Below are positions 38,279 through 46,788 of a stretch of 64,000 nt of DNA, in pieces. Every line of letters begins with the position of its first letter. The stretch's first letter is position 1. The stretch spans positions 896,001 to 960,000 of the forward strand of contig OZ253555.1 in assembly GCA_965262725.1 (NCBI GenBank), in the 5' to 3' direction. This DNA comes from Dehalococcoidia bacterium. Lineage in GTDB: Bacteria > Chloroflexota > Dehalococcoidia > UBA2979. The notes under the pieces were generated by a model that saw nothing but the letters and a program-made list of their open reading frames with translations, did not search any database and was not told where the DNA came from. Position numbers and translations under genes: made by a program.

Positions 38279-39499
38279 ATGGATTGGGCCGACAGCGCCA
38301 GCGAAGCGACGTTCCGCTCCGAGGTGCGCGCGCTGATCGGGACCAGGCTGCCCGCCTACTACCGCGACCGCTCCATCCAGCTGCGTCGCCGCACACATCG
38401 CCCGTGGCAGGGTGACCGCATCGCTCCGGAGCAGGAGCGACGCGAGGCGGCGCAGGCGTGGCGCGAGGCGCTCGTCGAGCGCGGGTGGGTGGCGCCGCAC
38501 TGGCCGACGGAGTACGGCGGGGCGGGGCTCACCGTCCGCGAGCAGTTCATCCTCAACCAGGAGATGGCGGTCGCCGACGCGCCGGACATCGGCGGGCTCG
38601 GCACGCAGATGATCGGCCCCACGCTGATCGTTCACGGCTCCGCCGAGCAGAAGCGCCGGCATCTGCCGGAGGTGCTCGCCGGACGCGTGATCTGGGGGCA
38701 GGGCTACTCCGAGCCAGGCGCGGGCTCCGACCTCGCCTCGCTCCAGACGCGCGCCGTCCGCGATGGCGACGAGTACGTGGTGAACGGCCAGAAGATCTGG
38801 ACGACACTCGCGCACCAGGCCGACTGGCTCTTCGTCCTGACGCGAACCGACATCGACGCGCCCAAGCACCGGGGCATCTCGCTGCTCTTGATGGATCGCG
38901 GCACGTCCGGCATCTCGATCCGGCCGCTTGTGAACATGGCGAACGAGCACATCTTCAACGAGGTCTTCTTCGAGGGCGTGCGCGTTCCGGCCGAGAACGT
39001 GGTGGGCGAGGAAAACAGGGGCTGGTACGTTGCGATGACCCTGCTGGACTTCGAGCGCTCCAACGTGGCGGGCGGCGTGAGGGCCCAGGCGCAGATCCGC
39101 CTCATCCTCGCCGAGGCCAGCGAGCGGGAGGCGGCCTCCGGCCGAAGTCTCGCTCCCTCCGTGCGTGCGCTGCTCGCCGATCGCTACATCGACACCGAGG
39201 TCGTGCAGCAGCTCTCGGCGCGCATCGCCTCGATCCAGGCGGGAGGCCTCGTACCGAACTACGAGGCCTCGATGGGGAAGCTCTTCGCCTCGGAGCTCTC
39301 GCAGAAGATCGCGGTCGCGATGGCGAAGGCACTGGGTCTCTTCGGGCAGCTCACCGGCGCCGACGAGCCGCGCACGCCGCTCTATGGCTTCGTCGGCTAC
39401 CAGTACATGGAGTCCGTCTCGAGCACGATCCGCGGAGGAACCTCCGAGATCCAGCGCAACGTCATAGCCACCCGCGGCCTCGGCTTGCCGCGCTCGTAG
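38279..39499 (+). CDS. Acyl-CoA dehydrogenase (FadE26/29/34-like)
   Basis: QGYSEPGAGSDLASL, NGQKIWT, FNEVFF, TLLDFER and TIRGGTSEIQRN. Confidence 0.93.
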   Translation: MDWADSASEATFRSEVRALIGTRLPAYYRDRSIQLRRRTHRPWQGDRIAPEQERREAAQAWREALVERGWVAPHWPTEYGGAGLTVREQFILNQEMAVADAPDIGGLGTQMIGPTLIVHGSAEQKRRHLPEVLAGRVIWGQGYSEPGAGSDLASLQTRAVRDGDEYVVNGQKIWTTLAHQADWLFVLTRTDIDAPKHRGISLLLMDRGTSGISIRPLVNMANEHIFNEVFFEGVRVPAENVVGEENRGWYVAMTLLDFERSNVAGGVRAQAQIRLILAEASEREAASGRSLAPSVRALLADRYIDTEVVQQLSARIASIQAGGLVPNYEASMGKLFASELSQKIAVAMAKALGLFGQLTGADEPRTPLYGFVGYQYMESVSSTIRGGTSEIQRNVIATRGLGLPRS

Positions 39500-39550
39500 G
39501 CGCCCGCGGCACCCCTCCGCGCGCGCGTCTTTCTCCGCGCCGCGCGCCTC

Positions 39551-40282
39551 TCAGGGAGCCGGCGGCGCGGGAGAGCGCAGCTGGCGCCACGCAGCCCCGG
39601 CGATCGCCCCGGCGCCGACGAGGGCGAGCGCGGCCTCCGCGACGCCCCAGCCGCTCCAGCCGGTCGCGGAGAGCGGAGTGAGCGCGAGTCGGAGCAGCGC
39701 GACGCCGCCCACGAGCGCGAGCGCGGCGACTCCCGGCCGCCAGTGCCGCCAGCTGAGCAAGAGCGCACCCATCAGGGCGAGCAGCAGCACTCCCTCGATC
39801 GCGGGCGTGGCGAGCCTGGTGTCGGCGAGCCCTGACATCGCGAAGCCCAGCGGCGGCTCCGCGCGCGCGCCCCAGCAGGCGTCGCGCACCGGGCAGCTGA
39901 GGTCGTAGGCGGCGACCGCGAGCGCGAGTCCCGTAGCCCAAGCCGTCGCGAGGGGCCAGCACGCGGCTCTCCCCGCCCCCCGCGCCGCCCACGCGAGCAC
40001 GGCGAGCGTCGCGGCCGCCCCCCACAGCGGCTCGATCCCGCCCTGGATACGGATCGCAACCATGGGGTCGAGGAGCGTCTCCGGCGACTCGGCGACCAGG
40101 TAGCCGAGACGGCCGACCACGACGAAGACGATCACGGCGTCCGAGTAAAGGGAGCCGACGGGCGCGCGGGGGAGCGCGATCAGGGCCGCGACGCGCGGCG
40201 CCGCGAGCCAGAGCAGGAGTACGACGACGACGAGCGAGACGAACTCGCCGCGCGGGTATACGAAGTCGAGCACCTCGCTCAC
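39551..40282 (-). CDS. Membrane protein, degenerate Lgt (prolipoprotein diacylglyceryl transferase)-like
   Basis: Several TM helices; GRLGY, QGGI and ACWG...PLGF...RLATPAIE echo the Lgt layout. Confidence 0.6.
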   Translation of the reverse strand: MSEVLDFVYPRGEFVSLVVVVLLLWLAAPRVAALIALPRAPVGSLYSDAVIVFVVVGRLGYLVAESPETLLDPMVAIRIQGGIEPLWGAAATLAVLAWAARGAGRAACWPLATAWATGLALAVAAYDLSCPVRDACWGARAEPPLGFAMSGLADTRLATPAIEGVLLLALMGALLLSWRHWRPGVAALALVGGVALLRLALTPLSATGWSGWGVAEAALALVGAGAIAGAAWRQLRSPAPPAP

Positions 40283-40884
40283 GGCACCGCCGCGGCGCTG
40301 ACCAGCGCCTCCTCGATGAGGACCGCGAGCCGGGACTCCGAGATTGGGCCGACGTGCGTCGCGGTGAGGCGTCCCGCCGGGTCGATCACGAAGGTCATCG
40401 GCAGGCCTCGGACGCCGTAGGCGCGGGCGAACGAGCCGTCGTCGACGGCCTGCGCGTAGAGGAGACTAAAGCGCTCGGCGAAGTCGCGCGCGGAACTCTC
40501 GGAGTCGTTGCGCACGACGCCGAGGAAGGTGACGCGCCCCGGATCGGCCGCCTCGTGGGCGCGCCTGAGCGCCGGCGCCTCCTCGCGGCACGGCGGGCAC
40601 CAGGAGGCCCAGACGTTGATCACGGTCGCGCGACCCGCGAAGTCCCGAGAGCTCACGCCGGTAGCGTCGCCGCCGTCGAGCAGCGGCAGGGCGAACGCGG
40701 GGGCCGCCTGGCCGGAGAGGGGGCCGCGCGGTGCTCCCGCCTGAGCGCCCTTCCCCGCCAGCACCGCGAGCACGATCGCGGCCGCTCCCAGCAGCAGCCA
40801 GGCCAGCCGCCTCGCGCGCTCCGCATCGCCGGGCGGAGCCGGCGTGCTGCTCTCACCGTCCGCGGGGTTCTTTGACTCACTCAC
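40279..40884 (-). CDS. TlpA/ResA family thiol-disulfide reductase, membrane-anchored
   Basis: TM helix, APAFALP, INVWASWCPPCREE and YGVRGLPMTFVID. Confidence 0.92.
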   Translation of the reverse strand: MSESKNPADGESSTPAPPGDAERARRLAWLLLGAAAIVLAVLAGKGAQAGAPRGPLSGQAAPAFALPLLDGGDATGVSSRDFAGRATVINVWASWCPPCREEAPALRRAHEAADPGRVTFLGVVRNDSESSARDFAERFSLLYAQAVDDGSFARAYGVRGLPMTFVIDPAGRLTATHVGPISESRLAVLIEEALVSAAAVP

Positions 40885-40919
40885 GGGCTCGACCGCGCAC
40901 TCTGCCGGGCCGCCCGGCC

Positions 40920-41312
40920 CTAGATGCCGAGCCGGCGCCACCACCCGGGCGCGCGCTCGCCCTGGGGGTGGTCATCCCCTGCGTCGCCGCCGAACGGAAT
41001 GCCGTGCCGGCGCAGGAAGGGACCGATCTGTCCGGGGTTGGGCTCCGTGAGCATCGTGCCCCGGTCGACGGCGCGCGGGCCGCGGTTCCCCAGTTGCTCC
41101 GGCTCCTTGATCGGATCGATGCTGTCGTCGGGTGCGATCACGAGCGTGGGCACCGACTCGTGCCCCGTCCAGCCGACGACCTTCGCGTAGGCTTCCTCGT
41201 CGCGCTCGATATCCAGCTCGACGTAGGAGAGGGGGTGCTCGTCGACCCACCGGCGCCAGCGGTGCATGTCGGGGCAGAACGAGGATCGTGCGTAGACCAC
41301 GAGTCGCGCCAT
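40920..41312 (-). CDS. Glutaredoxin/mycoredoxin-like protein (monothiol CPDM)
   Basis: LVVYARSSFCPDM, ELDIERD, GHESVPT and LTEP. Confidence 0.82.
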   Translation of the reverse strand: MARLVVYARSSFCPDMHRWRRWVDEHPLSYVELDIERDEEAYAKVVGWTGHESVPTLVIAPDDSIDPIKEPEQLGNRGPRAVDRGTMLTEPNPGQIGPFLRRHGIPFGGDAGDDHPQGERAPGWWRRLGI

Positions 41313-41428
41313 CGGCTCCCCTCCGTCCAGCCGCCGACCGCAGCGTAGCGACTCGCACTGATCTACGCGCGGTGTCCCGGTCGCCGCCCCGCGCCGTACG
41401 ATTGAGTCCCGGAGGAAGGGAGGTCGCC

Positions 41429-41737
41429 GTGGAGTTGCAGCTGACGGAGGATGCGGTGGGGCTGCTCCGGAGGCGCGGCGGCCGGATGGCACTCGACTTC
41501 ATACCTCCTATCGGCTGAACGGGCCGGCTCGAGGTGCCGGTCGACACCTACCTCAAGGGCAAGAACCTCTCCCGCTACGAGACGGTGGCTCTCGGCGATC
41601 TGCGCATTCACGTCGCGCTGGCGCTCGGCCGATGGGCGGAGCGGGTCGTCGTCGACGCCGAGCGCGTGCTGCTCCTCTGGCGGCGCTTCGACGTGCGCGT
41701 GGCGCATCGCCACCAGCCGACCTGAACTCACGGATGA
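41429..41737 (+). CDS. Small putative selenoprotein (HesB-like layout) with in-frame UGAs at 41516 and 41723
   Basis: RBS GGGAGGT plus GTG 41429. Track ORFs 41132-41518 and 41534-41725 share a frame. Read-through gives MELQLTEDAVGLLRRRGGRMALDFIPPIG-U-TGRLEVPVDTYLKGKNL...HRHQPT-U-THG. It ends at 41725 if the second UGA is a stop. Confidence 0.72.
41532..41549 (+). promoter_or_regulatory. SECIS-like hairpin after UGA 41516
   Basis: AGGTG-C-C(GGTC)G-A-CACCT; the GGUC loop begins 20 nt after the UGA; an alternative stem GGCCGGC/GCCGGTC is also possible. Confidence 0.55.
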
Positions 41738-41738
41738 G

Positions 41739-41757
41739 CCCCCGCCGGCGGCGGGGG
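41739..41757 (+). promoter_or_regulatory. Hairpin after UGA 41723: second SECIS or terminator-like stem
   Basis: CCCCCGCC-GGC-GGCGGGGG; loop begins 21 nt after the UGA; no U-tract. Confidence 0.45.
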
Positions 41758-41770
41758 GCGCGGGCAACCG

Positions 41771-41802
41771 TTGACACGCCGGCGCTGAGCCCTCTACTAC
41801 AT
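41771..41802 (+). promoter_or_regulatory. Possible sigma70-type promoter for the hotdog gene pair
   Basis: Perfect TTGACA at 41771, followed 18 nt later by TACTACAT. Confidence 0.35.
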
Positions 41803-41873
41803 GGCAGGTGGGCGGACGGCGTGCCCGTGCCGTCCCGCTCCTAGCGAGCCGAGCCCACCTGAGGAGGCCCCCC

Positions 41874-42797
41874 ATGACTGTCGAGTCCCTGTCCGTCATC
41901 CCCGCAACCCACAAGCTGGCGGATGGGATCGACGGCGACGCGTTCTACGACCTACACCCCGGACCGCTCGGCAGCTACGAGATGACCATCACCGAGGCCG
42001 ACGTGGAGCGGTGGTGCGACATCCACGAGGACACGGTCCCGTGGCGCGCCGAGCCGGGCGCCGATCCCAGCGCGCCGCCGTACATCGGCTACTACGCCTG
42101 CATGAACGCGCTCGCCCCGATCCGCTACTTCGGCAACACCGGCCGCCCCAACTATGGACCCGGGGGGCTCGCGCGCTACTGGGCGGAGTTCCACGCTCCG
42201 CTCCCGGTGGGTGTCCCGCTCCAGGTCACCGGCCGCGTCACCGACAAGTACACGCGCCGGGGCATCGGCTACACGGACTGGGAGGTCGACATCACACACG
42301 AGGGCCGGCTGCTGCAGCGCACCGGCCGCGCCTGGGCGACTAGCCTCCCGCCCGAGGAGCAGGAGAAGTGGCCGGAGCGCGAGGGACGTCCGCGCCCGCC
42401 GGAGGTGCCGGAGGGCGCCGACGTGCTGGGCCCGCTCGTCTACGTCACGTCGCAGCAGCACGTCGACGATCTCGAGGGGCCCGGAGAGCACAACAACCAC
42501 ACCGACGTGGAGACGGCCCTCGCCCAGGGGCTGCGCGGGCCGCGCGCGCAGGGCGAGCTCTCGTTCGCGCTGGTGGCGCGCCTGATGGCGCGGCACTTCG
42601 GCACGAGATTCGCGAACGGCGGATCACTCGACATCCGACTCATAGGCGAGGTGCAGGCGGGCGACGCGCAGACGGCCCACGCCGCGGTCGCCGAGAGGCG
42701 CGACGACGGGAGCGAACTCTGCCGCGTCTGGGCTACGAACCAGGAGGGCCAGCTCGTTACCGTCGGGACGGCGACGCACGCGGGGACGTCCGCGTGA
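41874..42797 (+). CDS. Double-hotdog MaoC-like dehydratase
   Basis: EFHAPLPVG..VTDKYTRRG; HNNHTD..A..QGLRGPRAQG; NQEGQLV; RBS GAGGAGG. Confidence 0.8.
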   Translation: MTVESLSVIPATHKLADGIDGDAFYDLHPGPLGSYEMTITEADVERWCDIHEDTVPWRAEPGADPSAPPYIGYYACMNALAPIRYFGNTGRPNYGPGGLARYWAEFHAPLPVGVPLQVTGRVTDKYTRRGIGYTDWEVDITHEGRLLQRTGRAWATSLPPEEQEKWPEREGRPRPPEVPEGADVLGPLVYVTSQQHVDDLEGPGEHNNHTDVETALAQGLRGPRAQGELSFALVARLMARHFGTRFANGGSLDIRLIGEVQAGDAQTAHAAVAERRDDGSELCRVWATNQEGQLVTVGTATHAGTSA

Positions 42798-43699
42798 GCG
42801 CCCTGGACCTCCCCGAGATCCCGGCGACTCGCCACCTCGACGAGGGGGTCGAGGGGGATCCGTTCCGCGATATGCACGTGGGGTCGCTCGGCCGCTATCA
42901 GGTCGTGGTGCGCCCGGAGGATGTCGAGCGCTGGGCGCGCATCCACGAGGAGCCGTTTCCGTGGAGCGCTGGCGAGGGCTCAGAACCCGCCGCTCCGCCC
43001 TCGATCCTCTACTACGCCTCGATGAACATTCTCGCGCCGATCCGCTATTTCCGGCCGCGCAACTCCCCGGGGGGCGCGGCCCTCGCGCGCTACTGGGCGG
43101 AGTTCCATGCGCCGCTTCCTGTCGGCGTCTCGATCGAGGTGAGCGGGGAGGTGACGGACAAGTACACGCGCCGGGGCCGGGGCTTTGTCGACTGGCACAT
43201 CGAAGCGTGGGCAGGGGGTCGACTGTTGCAGCGCAACGGGAAGAACTGGTTCTCCGGGATCCCGGAGGACGAGGCCGCGAAATGGCCCGAGCGCCCCGGC
43301 GGAGAACGCCCGCCCGAGGCGCCCGAGGGAGTCGAGCGCTTCGGCCCGATCACCTACCCCGTGACACAGGACCACATGGCCGACTTCGAGGGAGGCGACC
43401 GTAACACGCACTCGAGCGCCGACCTCGCGCGCGAGCAGGGTGAGACGCGCACGACGGCGCAGGGAGCGCTCAGCTTCGGGCTCCTGAGCCGGCTCGCGAC
43501 GGAGCGCTTCGGCGAGTCGTTCACGGCCGGCGGCTCGCTCGACGTGCGCTTCATCCAGCGCGTCCACGGTGGCGACGTGCTCACGGCCCAGGGGGCACTG
43601 CTCGGCCTGGACGGAGAGGGCCGCCACCGGGCCCGCGTGTGGGCGCAGAACCAGCAGGGCGCGCTGACCGCGGTCGGCGTCGCGACCGCGCGCGCCTGA
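42794..43699 (+). CDS. Double-hotdog MaoC-like dehydratase; tandem paralog of the upstream gene
   Basis: GTGA overlap; shares LARYWAEFHAPLPVGV and VTDKYTRRG; RNTHSS and NQQG. Confidence 0.8.
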   Translation: MSALDLPEIPATRHLDEGVEGDPFRDMHVGSLGRYQVVVRPEDVERWARIHEEPFPWSAGEGSEPAAPPSILYYASMNILAPIRYFRPRNSPGGAALARYWAEFHAPLPVGVSIEVSGEVTDKYTRRGRGFVDWHIEAWAGGRLLQRNGKNWFSGIPEDEAAKWPERPGGERPPEAPEGVERFGPITYPVTQDHMADFEGGDRNTHSSADLAREQGETRTTAQGALSFGLLSRLATERFGESFTAGGSLDVRFIQRVHGGDVLTAQGALLGLDGEGRHRARVWAQNQQGALTAVGVATARA

Positions 43700-43737
43700 A
43701 CGGCGACCGCCGCCTCCCGCGAGCCGGTGAGCGGTCG

Positions 43738-44970
43738 CTAACCTCGAGGCAGTCCGAGTCCCCGCGAGGCGATGATGTTGCGCTGGATCTCGTGCGTCCC
43801 GCCCGCGATCGAGGCCGAGATCGTGTGCACCGACCTCTGCGTGTAGCGCGCGTTCAGGGGCGCGTAGTCCTCGGCCGGATCCCAGATCTGGGAGTAGAGG
43901 CCAAAGACCTTCATCCCCGTCTGCTGCATCTGCTGGAACAGTGTCCCGCCGAAGACCTTCGACATCGACGCCTCGTAGTTCGGTATCTGCCCGGCGTGCT
44001 GCATCGAGATGATGCGCATCGCGAACTGCGAGAGCACCTCCGTCTCGATGTAGCGGGTCGTCAGGTGCTCACGCGTGGAGTCGAGCTCGTTCGTGCGCGA
44101 GCAGAGCCGCCCGTCCTCCGTGTTGAGGAACTTGATGAGTTCGTCGAGATCCTTGCGCTGGTCGACGGCTCCGGTGATGTTCGAGCGCTCGTAGTCGAGG
44201 AGCGTCATCGCCACGTACCAGCCGCGGTTCTCCTCGCCGACGCGCTGCGAGATCGGGACGCGCACGTGCTCGTAGAAGGACTCGTTGGTCGCGTGCTCCC
44301 AGCCGCCGGAGATGAGTGGCCGCACCTCGACGCCGGGTGTGTCCTTGCGCAGCAGCAGGAAGGAGATCCCGCGGTGCTTCGGCGCGTCGGGATCGGTGCG
44401 GACCAGCATGAAGAACCAGTTCGCCTTGTGCCCCATCGAGGTCCAGATCTTCTGGCCGTTGATGACGTAGTCGTCGCCATCGCGAACGGCGCGCGTCTGG
44501 AGCGAGGCGAGGTCGGAGCCCGCCCCGGGCTCCGAGTATCCCTGCGCCCACGTGATCTCGCCGGAGAGTGTCTTCGGCAGGAACTCCCGCCGCTGCTCCT
44601 CGGTGCCGTGGTGGATCAGCGTGGGGCCGAGCATGGAGGCGCCCGGCCCGCCGACCACCGGCGCTCCGTTCAACGCAAGCTGCTGCTTGAAGATGAACTG
44701 CTCCATCGCGGTGAGACCGGCCCCGCCGTACTCGGGCGGCCAGTGCGGTGCGGACCAGCCGTGCTCCGCCAGCGCCTCGGCCCACTCGCGCGCCGCCGCC
44801 TGCGCGTCGGGCTCCCCCAGCATGAGGTCGTACTGCCAGTCGCTGTTGTGCACACCCGGGCCCTTGCCGCCGCTCCGGCGCTCCCGGTAGAGCTCGGGAA
44901 GGCGCTCCTCGATGAAGTCGGCGACCTGCGTGCGGAATGCCGTCTGCTCTTCGGTGTCGGCCCAGTCCAT
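43738..44970 (-). CDS. Acyl-CoA dehydrogenase (FadE26/29/34-like)
   Basis: QGYSEPGAGSDLASL, NGQKIWTS, TLLDYER and SIAGGTHEIQRN. Confidence 0.93.
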   Translation of the reverse strand: MDWADTEEQTAFRTQVADFIEERLPELYRERRSGGKGPGVHNSDWQYDLMLGEPDAQAAAREWAEALAEHGWSAPHWPPEYGGAGLTAMEQFIFKQQLALNGAPVVGGPGASMLGPTLIHHGTEEQRREFLPKTLSGEITWAQGYSEPGAGSDLASLQTRAVRDGDDYVINGQKIWTSMGHKANWFFMLVRTDPDAPKHRGISFLLLRKDTPGVEVRPLISGGWEHATNESFYEHVRVPISQRVGEENRGWYVAMTLLDYERSNITGAVDQRKDLDELIKFLNTEDGRLCSRTNELDSTREHLTTRYIETEVLSQFAMRIISMQHAGQIPNYEASMSKVFGGTLFQQMQQTGMKVFGLYSQIWDPAEDYAPLNARYTQRSVHTISASIAGGTHEIQRNIIASRGLGLPRG

Positions 44971-45106
44971 GTCGCGCCCCCTTCCCCGCGCCGACTATAG
45001 CAGTCGCCTCGCGCGTTTGGCGGGGCGTGAAGCGGGCCCCGGGAGCGGTATCATGACTCGCCCTGCTCGACGCCGGACGGGCATCGCCGGAGCAAAGAGG
45101 ACCGAC

Positions 45107-46066
45107 GTGAGCGAGAACACCGGCAGACCGGATCGCGCGCCGCGCGTGACCGTGCTGGCGGGCGGCGTGGGCGGCGCGCGGCTCGCGGACGGCGTCGCGC
45201 GCGCGGCGCCCGACGCCGAGCTCACGGTCGTCGTCAACGTCGGCGACGACTTCGAGTGGCAGGGCCTTCGCGTCTCACCGGATCTGGACACCGTGCTCTA
45301 TACGCTCGCGGGTCGCGAGGGGGAGCAGGGATGGGGGCTTGCGGGCGACAGCACCGTCGTGCTGGAGGCGCTTCGCGCGCTTGGCGGCGATGCGTGGTTC
45401 CAGATCGGAGACCACGACCTCGCGACGCACCTCCGCCGCACCGCGCTGCTCCTTGCCGGCCGTCCGCTCTCGGAGGCGACGGCGGAGCTCGCCTCGGCAC
45501 TGGGCGTGGGTGCCCGCCTCCTTCCCGTCACTGACGACCTGCACCCGACCGTGATCGCAACCGACGCGGGCGAGCTCGCCTTCCAGGAGTATTTCGTGCA
45601 GCGCCGCCAGCGAGACGACGTGCGGGGGGTCCGATTCCCCGGCGCCGAGGGCGCGCGGCCCGCCCCCGGCGTGCTTGAGGCCATCGCGGAGGCAGACCTG
45701 CTCCTGCTGGCCCCCTCCAATCCCTTCGTGTCGATAGCGCCGCTCCTGGCGGTTCCCGGCGTGCGCGCGGCCATTGAAGCGGCTGAGGCGCCGCGCCTCG
45801 CCGTCAGCCCCATCGTGGGCGGCGCGGCGGTGAAGGGGCCCGCAGCCGCAATGTTGCGCTCGATGGGGCACGAGGTGTCGGCGCTCGGCGTTGCCCGGCT
45901 GCTCGTCGGGCTCGCCGACGTCTTCGTGCTGGACGCGGTGGACGCCGAGCTCGCCCCGGCGGTGCACGCGCTGGGGTTCGAGCCGCTCGTCACGGGCACG
46001 ATGATGACGGACCGGTCGCGCCGCGCCGCGCTCGCGGGCGTGTTGATCGGGCGGTTGCGCCCGTGA
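45107..46066 (+). CDS. cofD: 2-phospho-L-lactate transferase (F420 biosynthesis)
   Basis: [48 protein letters not shown] and VKGPA. Confidence 0.95.
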   Translation: MSENTGRPDRAPRVTVLAGGVGGARLADGVARAAPDAELTVVVNVGDDFEWQGLRVSPDLDTVLYTLAGREGEQGWGLAGDSTVVLEALRALGGDAWFQIGDHDLATHLRRTALLLAGRPLSEATAELASALGVGARLLPVTDDLHPTVIATDAGELAFQEYFVQRRQRDDVRGVRFPGAEGARPAPGVLEAIAEADLLLLAPSNPFVSIAPLLAVPGVRAAIEAAEAPRLAVSPIVGGAAVKGPAAAMLRSMGHEVSALGVARLLVGLADVFVLDAVDAELAPAVHALGFEPLVTGTMMTDRSRRAALAGVLIGRLRP

Positions 46067-46737
46067 GCGTTCCCCTCGCGAGCCGGACCGTGGTGCTCGT
46101 GCCGGTGAAGCCGCTCTCGGAGGCGAAGTCGCGCCTCGCCTCGGCCCTGCCGATCGAGGCCCGGCAGTCGCTCGTCCGGGCGATGCTGGCCGACGTGCTC
46201 GCCGCGGTGCGCGCCGCCCACGCGGGCCCGCTGATCGTGCTCTCCCCCGACGACGCCTACGACGACTTGATCGCTCGCGCCGGCGCGAGGCACCTGCAGG
46301 ACGCGGGCACGGGCTACCGCGCCGCCGTGGAGCTGGGCCTCGCCTCGGACGAGGTGCGCCGGTCGGGATCGGCGCTCGTGATCCCCGCGGATCAGCCGCG
46401 CGCGCAGCCCCACGACATCGCGCGCGCCCTCGGGGCGCTCGCTCAGGCGGAGGTAGTGATGGTGGAGGCCGTCGACGGCGGGACGGGGGCGCTGGGCCTC
46501 TCGCCCCCCGATGCGATCCCACTCGCGTTCGGCGAGTGCTCCGCCGCCGCGCACCGCCGCCTCGCGCACCAGGACGGGCGGCGGTTCGTCGAGCTCGATT
46601 GCCCGTCGCTGGCGCACGATGTCGACCACTTCGAGGAGCTGCTCGATCCCACCGCCCCGCCGCCGGGTCCGGCCACCTCGCGTCTTCTGGGGGAAGAGCC
46701 GCTCGCTTCGGTCGTCGAATCGATCGCCGGGGCGTAG
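46063..46737 (+). CDS. cofC: 2-phospho-L-lactate/PEP guanylyltransferase
   Basis: VPVKPLSEAKSRL, MLADV, IPADQP, DGGT and HDVD; GTGA overlap with cofD. Confidence 0.9.
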   Translation: MSVPLASRTVVLVPVKPLSEAKSRLASALPIEARQSLVRAMLADVLAAVRAAHAGPLIVLSPDDAYDDLIARAGARHLQDAGTGYRAAVELGLASDEVRRSGSALVIPADQPRAQPHDIARALGALAQAEVVMVEAVDGGTGALGLSPPDAIPLAFGECSAAAHRRLAHQDGRRFVELDCPSLAHDVDHFEELLDPTAPPPGPATSRLLGEEPLASVVESIAGA

Positions 46738-46788
46738 GGACGAGGCGGTCCCTTCCGACCGGCAGGCGCTGCGAATAGCTCCGACGGT

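Noticed and set aside
38690-38800. Near-identical DNA stretches recurring near 44.5 kb and 60.5 kb
   Set aside because: Conserved coding motifs of paralogous acyl-CoA dehydrogenases, not a repeat element.
41735-41737. Third UGA of the small protein as Sec
   Set aside because: It is only 9 nt from the hairpin loop, and the read-through (APAGGGGRG...) is low-complexity, so I treat it as the true stop.
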